NCBI GenBank assembly: GCA_964519305.1
Contig: CAZFHY010000008.1
Location: 83,195 to 147,194 of the forward strand
Reading direction: 5' to 3'
DNA from: Candidatus Undinarchaeota archaeon
Lineage (GTDB): Archaea > SpSt-1190 > JASMDC01
DNA: 64,000 nt
Positions 1 to 9,802 of this stretch are shown here, one piece after another. A program made the position numbers and the translations under genes. The notes beneath the pieces were generated by a model, which did not search any database, was not told where the DNA came from, and saw nothing but the letters and a program-made list of their open reading frames with translations. Numbering within the stretch: the stretch's first letter is position 1; each line of letters begins with the position of its first letter.

Positions 1-223
1 GGTCGATGTCCTTGGCAGGGATGACCGATAGACGATGGTCGGTCGCAGCTTCCCGGAGGGCTCCTGCCAATTTCTCACGTCGTGCGGGTGTCAGTTGTTT
101 GGAATCTTTTGCTCCCAGTGATCTAAGGTCGACGGTCTCATCGTACACATAACCGCATATGACGAGCGGACCGATAACGGGTCCACGTCCTGCCTCGTCG
201 ACACCCATTATCCGGGGGCTCAA
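1..223 (-). CDS. rnhB: Ribonuclease HII, N-terminal part (runs off window start)
   Basis: Manual translation MSPRIMGVDEAGRGPVIGPLVICG...GAKDSKQL gives the RNase HII GVDEAGRG and DSKxL motifs. TTG start overlaps the TGA stop of the upstream kinase, with GGAGG upstream. Absent from the ORF track. Confidence 0.93.
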   Translation of the reverse strand, partial: MSPRIMGVDEAGRGPVIGPLVICGYVYDETVDLRSLGAKDSKQLTPARREKLAGALREAATDHRLSVIPAKDID

Positions 224-1086
224 CGGTTATCCTCCAGGAACTTGTTAAGGTCCTCAAGGATGGGCATCCCGCCCCGGGCTCCAAGGCCACGCGTGTTCAT
301 CGCGGCGGTCGCACATCCCAGTCGTAGACGCTCAGCGGTAGGGAGTTCCTGTATGAGGCCGTATATGAAACCACCACAGAATGCGTCACCCGCCCCTGTT
401 GTATCAACAGGGTCCACCTTGAACGCGGGGACCTGCACCTCCTCTCCGTCGATGATGGCGAGTGCGCCCTCGGCCCCTTTGGTGATGACCACATCGCCGG
501 TGAAACCCGGGGAGACCTTCTGCACGAGATCCCATTCGTACTCGTTAAGGATCAGGAGGTCGGATAACTCGAGGAGAGGCTCTATCCCTTCTTTGATCAT
601 GTATCCTGATGGTGCGAAGATGGAATAGCGTGCACGCTGGAACGCGTCCTTTGCAAAAGCGATACCGCGCTCGTCGATCCCGGCAACGAACACGACATGG
701 ACATCCGCTGCGACTGGTGGTACGTCCCTGGGATCTAGGAGTGCGTTCGTCCCCTTGAAATCGTAGATGACACGCATGCCTTCTGGCTCGAGACCGATGA
801 ACGTGTAACCGCTCTTTCCTTTCATACGGACGACATGGTCAGTGATCACACCCTCGGCCTCGAGCCGGGAGATGATGAGGTCACCGTTATGATCGTTCCC
901 CACGCGTGCTACCATTGCCGTGCGGACACCAAGCCGCGCCAGGCAAGTGGCCGTGTTCGCGGCGCTCCCACCGTAGTACTGGGAGATGTCCTGGATCTTC
1001 ACCTTCTCATCAGTGCGAGGATTCCGTGTGACCGAGGCCACCATATCGATATTCGCGGACCCGAGGCAAAGGCACTGGATCTCCAT
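220..1086 (-). CDS. PfkB-family carbohydrate kinase (ribokinase-like)
   Basis: GGSAANTA...LARLG, VGND, NEYE and DTTGAGDAF PfkB signatures. Confidence 0.92.
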   Translation of the reverse strand: MEIQCLCLGSANIDMVASVTRNPRTDEKVKIQDISQYYGGSAANTATCLARLGVRTAMVARVGNDHNGDLIISRLEAEGVITDHVVRMKGKSGYTFIGLEPEGMRVIYDFKGTNALLDPRDVPPVAADVHVVFVAGIDERGIAFAKDAFQRARYSIFAPSGYMIKEGIEPLLELSDLLILNEYEWDLVQKVSPGFTGDVVITKGAEGALAIIDGEEVQVPAFKVDPVDTTGAGDAFCGGFIYGLIQELPTAERLRLGCATAAMNTRGLGARGGMPILEDLNKFLEDNR

Positions 1087-1144
1087 GTGCTCCCATCCAA
1101 CCTAAGAAAACTATATAAGGAGCGTGCCCAGCCCCCACTTAACA

Positions 1145-2794
1145 GTGACAGTTGGGGAGTATATAGATAGGATCGCTATTGCAGGTCAGAACGCCTATGA
1201 CCTTGCCGAGCGAACGGCTTGGCATATGGGCGACAGTACACATGACCAGTTCGCAAAATGTCACGATTACGTATCCGACGGCATCACTAACGCCTCGAAC
1301 GCCAACGGGAACACCGTGGACGAGCTGAAGAGCGCTTTCAAATCGGAGTTCTATGGTGTAAAGGCCGAGCCGGCCAAGTACGTGGAGTCGGCGTTCAAGA
1401 ACGGAGCCCTGTGGTTCATGCTGGGTGGCGGTCCACTATCACCGGCACCATGGGCTTTGGCAACATGTACAGTCACTGCTGGTCTCTCTTACCCCTTCGT
1501 TATGGGGAGTATCCAGCGCCTGTTCAATATCCATTATGGTGAGTATCGGGACGTCCATGCTCTCATAGCAAAGCAAGTGGTCAAGGAGTTCGATAACAAG
1601 TACCAAGCGGACTACACCACGGATGCGACGACCACCGCGCGTGCAGAGGCCGAGGTCCACCGTCAGGAGCTCACCGACCAGTTCCGTCACGAGCTCCGCC
1701 GGGCCAAAGGGATCCCTGAGGAGCAGTTGGACAGCTACGCGGACGACATGGCAGGATACGTCATCGACACCGCCGTGCAGACCGTAAGTGACCAGGTATC
1801 CAGTGCAACGTCAAGGTTCATCGGCCAGGAGACCTCACAGTTCATATCAAAGGCCTGGGCCGGCAATCACGAGATATTCGATTCCAACCTCCTAGAGACC
1901 GCCGTCCCGTACACGGAGATCGCCGAGAAGGCGCTCAATTATGCATCGCTTGACTCGGACAACATTGTCGACAAGGATATCTTCATGCATGCGAAGGGTG
2001 TCGAGGCCGAGCGTGGAAAGGACATCCTCGGCAGCTCCCGTATCAAGTATGTCGCAGCAAAGGCCGGAAGGAACCTTGCCAATGATATCCTCGGATCGGA
2101 GGCCATGAACGGATTGGTCCATGGCCTGTTGCAGAACCCGGAGTTCCGCAAGGACATGCACTCGACGATCTCTTCAACTCTCGATGAATACTCTCTCCTC
2201 ATCAGCGTGCTCAGGGCCAATCCCGCCAAGGGTGACGACCGGGAGCGGCTCAAGGAGTACATCCATACCTCGGAACGTGAGCATTGCGAGGACCTTGTTA
2301 CTGCGGCGGACGCGTTCGCTGACACTGTCATCAGGAACGAGTACGCGAGCATCAACGAGAAGGCGGCCAACAAGTACAGCAACCTCTTGGAGATGAAGCT
2401 CGGTACTTCCGGACAGTTCGATCTCTCACGCCGTATCAATGGCGCCCTGGGGGACTACAGCAAGGTTGTCGAGGAGATAACTGCTGACAGTACCATCAAG
2501 GAAGGTGACTGGGCCAAGTTCGACTTCTGTCTCACTTCCGAGAAGAGCACCGATGCGGACTACCATAAGCTGACCTCTGATATCGCGGGATATGCAATAG
2601 CTGCGCTCGCGGACCAGAGCGACTCCAATTCGATCGAGCGTGGTCGCAAGGCCGAGCAGCTCCTGCGGGACACCCTGGAGTTCGTTTACCTCACCTCCAT
2701 GCTAAAGGAGGAGGGCACGGTCACCGATACCGAGAAGGTGTCAGCGTGGCAGGCCAAGTTCGAGGATATCACCAAGAACTCCCTTATCGTGTAG
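1145..2794 (+). CDS. Orphan acidic helical protein with one hydrophobic hairpin
   Basis: Long ORF with host-like codon usage. TATA (CTATATAAG) at about 1110 favours GTG 1145 as start. Hydrophobic stretch ALWFMLGGGPLSPAPWALATCTVTAGLSYPFV. Confidence 0.75.
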   Translation: MTVGEYIDRIAIAGQNAYDLAERTAWHMGDSTHDQFAKCHDYVSDGITNASNANGNTVDELKSAFKSEFYGVKAEPAKYVESAFKNGALWFMLGGGPLSPAPWALATCTVTAGLSYPFVMGSIQRLFNIHYGEYRDVHALIAKQVVKEFDNKYQADYTTDATTTARAEAEVHRQELTDQFRHELRRAKGIPEEQLDSYADDMAGYVIDTAVQTVSDQVSSATSRFIGQETSQFISKAWAGNHEIFDSNLLETAVPYTEIAEKALNYASLDSDNIVDKDIFMHAKGVEAERGKDILGSSRIKYVAAKAGRNLANDILGSEAMNGLVHGLLQNPEFRKDMHSTISSTLDEYSLLISVLRANPAKGDDRERLKEYIHTSEREHCEDLVTAADAFADTVIRNEYASINEKAANKYSNLLEMKLGTSGQFDLSRRINGALGDYSKVVEEITADSTIKEGDWAKFDFCLTSEKSTDADYHKLTSDIAGYAIAALADQSDSNSIERGRKAEQLLRDTLEFVYLTSMLKEEGTVTDTEKVSAWQAKFEDITKNSLIV

Positions 2795-2811
2795 AAGGGA
2801 CGCCGTCAACG

Positions 2812-2824
2812 ATACCTATTTAAA
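2812..2824 (+). promoter_or_regulatory. BRE/TATA promoter of tRNA-iMet
   Basis: ATACCTATTTAAA about 30 nt upstream of the tRNA. The same 13-mer occurs at 31638 and 61066, upstream of genes. Confidence 0.75.
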
Positions 2825-2855
2825 CACTATCGGCCCTCTTCAGCTAATCCCACGT

Positions 2856-2930
2856 AGCGGGGTAGGGTAGCCTGGAGTGCCCGTCGGGCTCATAACCCGA
2901 AGATCGATGGTTCAAATCCATCCCCCGCTA
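2856..2930 (+). tRNA. tRNA-Met(CAT), initiator
   Basis: AGCGGGG/CCCCGCT acceptor stem with A1-U72, anticodon arm TCGGG-CT-CAT-AA-CCCGA with three consecutive G-C pairs, TTCAAAT T-loop. CCA not encoded. Confidence 0.97.
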
Positions 2931-2964
2931 CCTAACCTACTTGATCAGTTGGAGGAATGATCGT

Positions 2965-4689
2965 CTAGACGTCGTACGCGTCCTCGGGACCTTCCTTCAC
3001 GGGCGTGCCTTCAAGGTGTTCGATGTACGCTTTCGTACCGAAGGCATAGGTGTGATCGTCGACCTTGACCATGTCGTAGGCATCGGTGCTGAAGCGACCG
3101 ATCCGGAGGTCACCCTCCCCGATGTCCCAGCTCTCCTTCTCCTTGAAGAATGCCATTTTCTGTACGAACCCGGGCATCTTGTTGATGAATGAGCGATCCT
3201 CTGTGTAATCAGGGAAAACCCCGTCTCCGCCATACTTGAGCTTGACGCCCCATTCCATGTCGCCCATGTCCATCGGGATGTTCAGCTTCCCGTCCTTCCC
3301 GTGGTAGACCTTAGGGTTCTCGAGATTGTAGGATACGGTCTCTTCACCCTCAAGACGCTCGAACCTCATTTCCCAACCTGAGTCAAGGACGTACCCGTCC
3401 TGGAGGACTAGGTGCTCGTCGGCATCCACTTCCATCATCACGTCGGGTTTCGAACGGTAAGCGTACCAGACCATGTTGCCCCCGGCCCACATAGGGATGC
3501 CGATCGATGCTAGCGTGAAGGCGAGAGGGGAGACCGCACCGCCGGCCGCGAAGAGGGCACCCGTGGCGATGGCTGAACCGAGGAATGGGACGATGCGTGC
3601 GTACTTGGTGACCATGTCCTCGGTCCCTTTGAGCTGGTAGAAGTGCTTGTCATGGCCCTTGGCCTTCATCTTCTCGGAGTTCTTGATCAGCTCCTCACGT
3701 ACAGCGAAGCCGATCTTATCGTTCAAAGAGTCCTCGAGCGCATCGGTCGCCTGCTGGGCGAGGAACAATCCTGCGAGCGGGACCGCGGGGTTGGCCATTT
3801 CCGCAAGGAACTGTGGTTGCATGAGATAGGTGGCGACACCGCTGGCAGCGCAGAAGAGGCTCTTTACCAGGTAGGGTGACTTGAGCGATTCGCGAGGGTT
3901 CTCAGAATTGACAGCATCGTCTACGTATTTACCCACTAGACCGTCAGCGACGGCCTCCATCTGGTCCCGCCCGAGCTGTTGGGTCGCTGCCAGGAAACCC
4001 ACTACGCCGTAGACGGCACCCATGCTCATTGCGACACCGACGAGCGAACCTTGCACGAGCCCCTGGCCCATGCGACGCATGACCTTACCGGCCTGGAGCG
4101 CGGCATACTCCGGCTCTTCACCGATCACTTCCAGGTACTCCTTGAACTGTGACAGCTTGCTCGTCTCTGCAGGCTCGAAACCGAACGCCTCGGCATCAGC
4201 GGACACACCGAAGAAGTCGTACATGTCCGCAAGGAATCCAGAGTCCTCGCCGACCAGCACTTCCCCGAGACGGTGGGCCTCCTTCCGCTCGTACTGGAAC
4301 GCGCCTAGCTCCTGCTCGAGGTCGATATCCGAGTAGATGAGCAGACTTCGTCCGTCCATGTCGACCGCTGCGAGCGGTGTGACCGTCCTCTCCTCGTGAG
4401 AAGCGATTAGCCGGTCACCGTCCTCCTCGACGACGGTACCTTCAGTACTGGCTGCGCTCACTGGTCTGAACAGGTTCACCGATGTGTCCTCGGTATCGAG
4501 GGATAGACCGTAGCCCTGGACCTCGAGGGTCGTCGAATCGTAGGCGACCGTGAAGCGTGCTGAACTCTCTTTACCAGGTCTGTATTGGGAGAGCATCTCT
4601 GTGAAAGCAGGATCGAGGTCAAGACGTTCCTCCCAGAAGTCCAGCTTCTCGGGATTTATCTCAACGAAACGGTATCCTGCCTGCGACAT
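2965..4689 (-). CDS. Orphan acidic membrane-associated protein
   Basis: 574-aa ORF with TATA (GTATATAAA) upstream and several Gly/Ala-rich hydrophobic segments. Confidence 0.78.
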   Translation of the reverse strand: MSQAGYRFVEINPEKLDFWEERLDLDPAFTEMLSQYRPGKESSARFTVAYDSTTLEVQGYGLSLDTEDTSVNLFRPVSAASTEGTVVEEDGDRLIASHEERTVTPLAAVDMDGRSLLIYSDIDLEQELGAFQYERKEAHRLGEVLVGEDSGFLADMYDFFGVSADAEAFGFEPAETSKLSQFKEYLEVIGEEPEYAALQAGKVMRRMGQGLVQGSLVGVAMSMGAVYGVVGFLAATQQLGRDQMEAVADGLVGKYVDDAVNSENPRESLKSPYLVKSLFCAASGVATYLMQPQFLAEMANPAVPLAGLFLAQQATDALEDSLNDKIGFAVREELIKNSEKMKAKGHDKHFYQLKGTEDMVTKYARIVPFLGSAIATGALFAAGGAVSPLAFTLASIGIPMWAGGNMVWYAYRSKPDVMMEVDADEHLVLQDGYVLDSGWEMRFERLEGEETVSYNLENPKVYHGKDGKLNIPMDMGDMEWGVKLKYGGDGVFPDYTEDRSFINKMPGFVQKMAFFKEKESWDIGEGDLRIGRFSTDAYDMVKVDDHTYAFGTKAYIEHLEGTPVKEGPEDAYDV

Positions 4690-4752
4690 GCCGGCGATCG
4701 CTCGGTCCCCGATTTATATACCTAGACTTGAGCCTTCGTACATCCCGCGTTA

Positions 4753-6555
4753 CTACTTTTGCTTGCGCTCAGTGATGTCCTCTACCACCGCCACGATGAA
4801 CTGAGGCTTGCCGGTAGGATCGTGCAACATGGACGCGTTGAGGTTCCCCCAGATCTCTGAGCCGTTCTTCTTGAAGAACCGCTTCTCTATCTGGTAGTGT
4901 TCGCGTTTCCCATCGACCATCTCTTTGACAAGGGCGTAGTCCTTTAGCATATCCTCCGGATGCGACAGGTCGAACACGAGCTTACCACGCAGTTCGTCAC
5001 CAGAATATCCGAAGAAGCGCTGTAGTGCGCGATTGGTCTCGAAGATCCGACCATCAAGGTGCATGCGCGCGATACCCACAGCAGAGCGATCGAAGATGGC
5101 CCGGAAGAGCTCCTCGCTGGTCCGGAGCGCGTCCTGTGCTTCCTTCAGCGCGGTGAAATCCTCGACGACGGCGAGCACACGGTTGACGGAACCTTCCTCG
5201 TCCTTGATGGGCGAGAGGTGGTACCGCAGGTGGATCTTCTTCCCCCATGCGGTCGTGTACGGGTGCTCTGAGACCGTGATCTCGCCAGTGTCTATGCATT
5301 GGCGGAAATCGGCTGACACACCGACGTCGACCAGGGGCGGGAAGGTCAGGATGTTGATCGCTTTCGTGGCCTCCGCTGAGGGCGAACCGAGTATCTTGAG
5401 GATAGCCGGGTTTACAGCAAGGATGGCGCCGCCCATATCAGAGTTGAGGATCCCCACCGGTGCGTTGTCGAACAGGAGCCGGATGCGCTGTTCGCTCATC
5501 CTCAGGGCCGCCTCAGCCTTCTGACGCTCCATTGCGTTACCGATTATCTCTGCCACCACCTTTAGGAGAGTGACGTTCTCTTCGCTCCATTCCCCGATCT
5601 GCTCAATGTTATCGAAACCAAGGAATCCGGAAGTCTCGCCCCCGACCATCAACGGGAGCACCAGAAGTGACTTGATGTCCTGTTCCTCGAGGAGTTTCCG
5701 CTCGGCAGTGGCCTCCTTGGGGAGCTTCGAGACATCAGTGATATGTATAAGCTCGTTCTTGAGGATCCGGGACATCCACCAGGGCAACATGTCCGAGGGG
5801 AGACCTTGAAGATTCTCCTTCTGAGGTTCCACCCCCTCGCTACACCACTCATGGGTGTTGTCCATCATGCGCTGCTCGTCGCGAAGAGCGAACAGATAAG
5901 CGCGACTGGCACCGGATAGTGTCCCCATGTCCTTCAGCGTGGCCGATAGGGCCGAGTCCATGTCCGTCACGTTCACGAACCGTTCCGAGACGCCCGTGAT
6001 CGTCTCCTCCACTTTCAGCCTCCTGTTGAGCGCCGCCTCGACTTTCTTACGCGCGGTTATGTCGAGAATGGAAACGAAGACCTTGGAGAGACTCTCCTCA
6101 TGTCCGGGTGCCACGGCAAGGCTCAGCTGGATGTCGATCCGGTCCCCCTTCAGGGTATTGTTGATAGCCTCGGTCTCAAAGGTGGTCTTCCCCTCAGCGA
6201 GCGCGATGATCTCTTCCCTGAAAACAGGGAAGGACTCCTCCCCGAATACTATCGGAAGTCCCTTGAGCAGTTCATTCTTGTTCTTGGCCTTATAGAGATC
6301 GAGTGTACGCTGGTTGATATCGATGATCTTGACGAGACCAGCGCACTTTGCTACGTCCTCAGGATGTTCCTCGAAGTACTTACGGATGTCCTTGATACCC
6401 TTCTTCCGAAGTTCATCGAAGAAGGCCTTACCTGCCGTGAAGTCCTCTTCCCATAGGGATATGGGCGAGTACTCGAACAATCCGCGATAGCGTGACTCCT
6501 CTTCAGAAATATCATTCTTTACTCGTTGTTTCTCTTTCGTTGAACCCTTTGCCAT
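4753..6555 (-). CDS. PAS-GAF-PAS-PAS sensor protein with no output domain
   Basis: RYRGLFEYSPISLWEED PAS start, GAF (NTHEWC...GFLGFD), two further PAS/PAC units ending DITERK then TAG TAA. Start taken at ATG 6555 (MAKGS). Confidence 0.88.
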   Translation of the reverse strand: MAKGSTKEKQRVKNDISEEESRYRGLFEYSPISLWEEDFTAGKAFFDELRKKGIKDIRKYFEEHPEDVAKCAGLVKIIDINQRTLDLYKAKNKNELLKGLPIVFGEESFPVFREEIIALAEGKTTFETEAINNTLKGDRIDIQLSLAVAPGHEESLSKVFVSILDITARKKVEAALNRRLKVEETITGVSERFVNVTDMDSALSATLKDMGTLSGASRAYLFALRDEQRMMDNTHEWCSEGVEPQKENLQGLPSDMLPWWMSRILKNELIHITDVSKLPKEATAERKLLEEQDIKSLLVLPLMVGGETSGFLGFDNIEQIGEWSEENVTLLKVVAEIIGNAMERQKAEAALRMSEQRIRLLFDNAPVGILNSDMGGAILAVNPAILKILGSPSAEATKAINILTFPPLVDVGVSADFRQCIDTGEITVSEHPYTTAWGKKIHLRYHLSPIKDEEGSVNRVLAVVEDFTALKEAQDALRTSEELFRAIFDRSAVGIARMHLDGRIFETNRALQRFFGYSGDELRGKLVFDLSHPEDMLKDYALVKEMVDGKREHYQIEKRFFKKNGSEIWGNLNASMLHDPTGKPQFIVAVVEDITERKQK

Positions 6556-6729
6556 CGTGACCCCCCATTTTCCTGGATTGTGTCTCACGGAGCCCGCAGG
6601 TTCACTCTGTGCGCCGCGGTTTACTTGAATAGCACACATTGAGGCACGCCGCGCCAGGTCACGGCGCCACCAGTCATTTGTATCTCGCCGAAGTCTTAAA
6701 GGTTTTACGCTAACGTCGCGTCATCGGTG

Positions 6730-7503
6730 CTAAAGGGAGTCGAGGAGCCTCGGTAGGTCCGCGATGCTCTCAAGGACGTGATCGGGGCGTATATCCGTCG
6801 TTTCGAGATCGGCCTTTTCCGTAGCACCGGTGAGCACCAGGCATGTCCTGGTACCGGCTCGGATACCTGCTAGAATGTCGGTGTCCAACCTGTCGCCGAC
6901 CGTGAGGATGTGTTCGGGAGATGTTTCCAGCTCATCGAGGGCGATGTCCATGATGATGCGTTCGGGCTTTCCAACGACGAGCGGGTCTGTACCGGACGCG
7001 CGCTGGAGAGCAGCGACCTGGGCCCCGTTCCCGGGGAGGAAGCCTTTCTCATCAGGTATGGTCGGGTCGGGATTCGTTGCCACGAACAGGGCACCTTCCA
7101 GGACCTCTCTTAGCCCAGATGCCATCTTCTCATAGGAGAACGACCGGTCGAGGCCGACGACAACGGCCTCGGCCCCGTGATCGACGACCTTGATGTCCTC
7201 GAGAGCGAGCTCGTCCACAAGACCTCGCTCCCCGATGACGAGGGCACTGTGTATCCCGGTCCGGGAAAGGTGCAGTGCCGTCGCTCGTGACGAGTTGAGC
7301 ACTGAACAGCGCTCCATGTCTATACCCATGGATGAGAGCCTCTTACGATACTGGGCCCGTGAACGTGTCGAGTTGTTGGTGAGAAAAAGGACTTTCAGCC
7401 GTTCCGAGAGAGTATTGATCGCATCGATTGCCCCCGGCAGTGGAGTGTTCCCGCGGTAGACCACACCGTCGATGTCCACGATGAGGCCGGTGATGGATGC
7501 CAT
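6730..7503 (-). CDS. HAD-IIA family hydrolase (NagD-like phosphatase)
   Basis: DIDGVVY motif I, LTNNS, GKP, VGDRLDTDI. Confidence 0.92.
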   Translation of the reverse strand: MASITGLIVDIDGVVYRGNTPLPGAIDAINTLSERLKVLFLTNNSTRSRAQYRKRLSSMGIDMERCSVLNSSRATALHLSRTGIHSALVIGERGLVDELALEDIKVVDHGAEAVVVGLDRSFSYEKMASGLREVLEGALFVATNPDPTIPDEKGFLPGNGAQVAALQRASGTDPLVVGKPERIIMDIALDELETSPEHILTVGDRLDTDILAGIRAGTRTCLVLTGATEKADLETTDIRPDHVLESIADLPRLLDSL

Positions 7504-7508
7504 GTCCG

Positions 7509-8945
7509 CTATCCCTTAGCGACTGCCAGCGGGACCATCCGGGCGACCTTCCGGGCAAGACCTGCCGCGTTGACTGAGTCGACCACGGCAGATACGTCCT
7601 TGTATGCACCAGGGGCCTCCTCGGCAATGACCTTCGGGTTCGTGGCCATTACGGCGATACCCTTGTTGGACAGTTCTTGTTTCAGTGTGTTCCCGCTGAA
7701 CTCGCGAAGTGCCTGATGTCGGCTCATTACCCTGCCCGCACCGTGACAGGTCGAACCGAAACATTCGCTCATTGCTTTTTCAGTGCCAGCAAGAAGATAG
7801 GACGCAGTGCCCATATCTCCGGGGATGATCACCGGCTGGCCAACGTCACGATAGTCGGCAGGGACCTCGCTACGTCCTGGACCGAATGCCCGGGTCGCAC
7901 CCTTCCTGTGAACGCACACCTTTGACCGTGTGCCGTCCACGTCATGCTCTTCCATCTTGGCGATATTGTGGCATACGTCGTACACAAGGCGCATCTCGGG
8001 ATCGCCCCCGAACACCTGCTTGAAGCTCTCCCTCACCCAGTGAGTCATGACCTGTCTGTTGCAGAACGCATAGTTGACAGCGCAGAACATCGCTGCCAGA
8101 TAGTTATCGGCCTCGCGGCTCCCAAGTGGAGCACATGCGAGCTCTTTGTCCGGGAGCGTGATCCCATATGCTCGCGATGCTGCTAGCATGATCTTCACAT
8201 AATCGCTGCACACCTGATGTCCGAACCCTCGTGAACCGCAGTGGAGCATGACCATCGCCTGCCCCTCCTCCACACCGAACGCCTTGGCGGCACGCTCGTC
8301 GTACACCTCAGCGACCTCCTGCACCTCCAGGAAGTGATTGCCTGCGCCCAGCGTCCCCAGTTGGGGAACACCGCGCTTCCGGGCCCGTACATCTACCCTG
8401 CTCGGATCAGCTCCATCGATGCACCCGCTCTCTTCCATATGCTCAAGGTCGGCAGTGGTCCCATAGCCGTTCTCCACGGCCCACCCCGCACCTTGGACCA
8501 TGACATCCTCGAGGTGGCGTCCGCCAACGCGTAACCTGCCCTTGCTGCCTACTCCGGACGGGATGTTCTTGAAAAGCGTCGGAAGGAGGTCCTTAAGCCC
8601 GGGCCTGATCTCCTCACCGGTGAACGGCGTTGTCAGGAGACGGACACCGCAGTTGATGTCGTATCCCACGCCACCGGGCGAGACCACGCCGTCCTCGAGC
8701 GAGAATGCAGCGACACCACCGATGGGGAACCCGTAACCCTGATGGCCGTCGGGCATGACGAATGATCTGGAGATGATCCCGGGAAGCTTGGCCACGTTCG
8801 TTGCCTGCTCCAGGGTCTTGTCCCGTCGCATGGTCGTTGCGATACTCTTGCTCCCGTACACGCGAACTGGCACTCTCATGCCATGGTCGGCGGGGATCTC
8901 CCATGTAACGTCAGAGACCTGCTCAAGTGCTCCATCCCAGGCCAT
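7509..8945 (-). CDS. rtcB: RNA-splicing ligase RtcB
   Basis: MPDGHQGYGFPIGGV, GYDINCGVRL, GNHFLE, HCGSRG, HRKGAT, CHGAGR, EEAPGAYK. Confidence 0.97.
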   Translation of the reverse strand: MAWDGALEQVSDVTWEIPADHGMRVPVRVYGSKSIATTMRRDKTLEQATNVAKLPGIISRSFVMPDGHQGYGFPIGGVAAFSLEDGVVSPGGVGYDINCGVRLLTTPFTGEEIRPGLKDLLPTLFKNIPSGVGSKGRLRVGGRHLEDVMVQGAGWAVENGYGTTADLEHMEESGCIDGADPSRVDVRARKRGVPQLGTLGAGNHFLEVQEVAEVYDERAAKAFGVEEGQAMVMLHCGSRGFGHQVCSDYVKIMLAASRAYGITLPDKELACAPLGSREADNYLAAMFCAVNYAFCNRQVMTHWVRESFKQVFGGDPEMRLVYDVCHNIAKMEEHDVDGTRSKVCVHRKGATRAFGPGRSEVPADYRDVGQPVIIPGDMGTASYLLAGTEKAMSECFGSTCHGAGRVMSRHQALREFSGNTLKQELSNKGIAVMATNPKVIAEEAPGAYKDVSAVVDSVNAAGLARKVARMVPLAVAKG

Positions 8946-9036
8946 GATGCGGCACCTGCCCCCCAAACCTATAAAGGTTATCGAGCGCGGCCCCGCGCCA
9001 TCACGCTTTTATGTATTCCCCGCAAAGCTGTCGACG

Positions 9037-9690
9037 ATGGAGAACCCGCTTGTGGGGCCGTTCGAACGTCTCGGCGGCAGACCGGCGACGGATACTGACA
9101 GACGGCTTCTCCTTGTGCTCTTGTTCATGCTAAGGTTCATCGCATTATCGCTCCCTTTCTACCTTCTTCTGGACACGGGTGTTGGCCTGCTACCGCTCCA
9201 GCGAGTGGTCGCTTCCCACACGGCGTTAGCCGCCCGTATCGTCGGTGGCGAGGCCACGCTCGTTCAGGGATGCACTGACTTTTGCACGGCAGGGGGGAAC
9301 ATCACCATGTGCGGTCCATGCAGCTCGGGCATACTCCTGCACGTCCCAGCTGAACCCCTGGTGACATATATCGAGATAGTGGAGGCTTGCACAGGATGGC
9401 GGTCCATCATGGCGTTCACCGCACTGGTCTTCGCCCTTCCCGGGACCAGCTTGCACCGCAGGCTCCTCGGGATTGCGATCGGATACCCGGTTATCTATCT
9501 TGTGAACATCGTCCGACTCTCCTCTCTTGCATTCATCGTGCACCGGTGGGGGACCGAGTGGTTCGACCTGTGGCATACATTCCTCTGGCGGGAGGGGCTC
9601 GTCCTCGTCCTGTTCTTGATGTGGGTCACGTGGGTGGAACGTGTGGCATGGGCGGGGCCTGAACCACGCGATATCAGCGGCAATATCTGA
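9037..9690 (+). CDS. Archaeosortase/exosortase family membrane transpeptidase
   Basis: EIVEACTG (catalytic Cys), NIVR (Arg) and WHTFLW (His) in a multi-TM protein. Start placed at ATG 9037. Confidence 0.82.
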   Translation: MENPLVGPFERLGGRPATDTDRRLLLVLLFMLRFIALSLPFYLLLDTGVGLLPLQRVVASHTALAARIVGGEATLVQGCTDFCTAGGNITMCGPCSSGILLHVPAEPLVTYIEIVEACTGWRSIMAFTALVFALPGTSLHRRLLGIAIGYPVIYLVNIVRLSSLAFIVHRWGTEWFDLWHTFLWREGLVLVLFLMWVTWVERVAWAGPEPRDISGNI

Positions 9691-9802
9691 CCACTTGCAT
9701 GGTGTACGGGAGGGGGCGGCGCCGTCCCCGGCTCAGTTTTATAAAACAGGAAGCATTCTGAACGGTAAGAGCGCAGCTATAGCACAAGCGGTGAGTGAAC
9801 GG

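Noticed and set aside
4750-4755. Possible amber (pyrrolysine) read-through extending the PAS sensor
   Set aside because: The TAG is immediately followed by TAA, and no kinase-like sequence follows.
7509-8945. Intein in RtcB (a frequent archaeal intein host)
   Set aside because: Length is normal (about 478 aa) and the motifs are contiguous.
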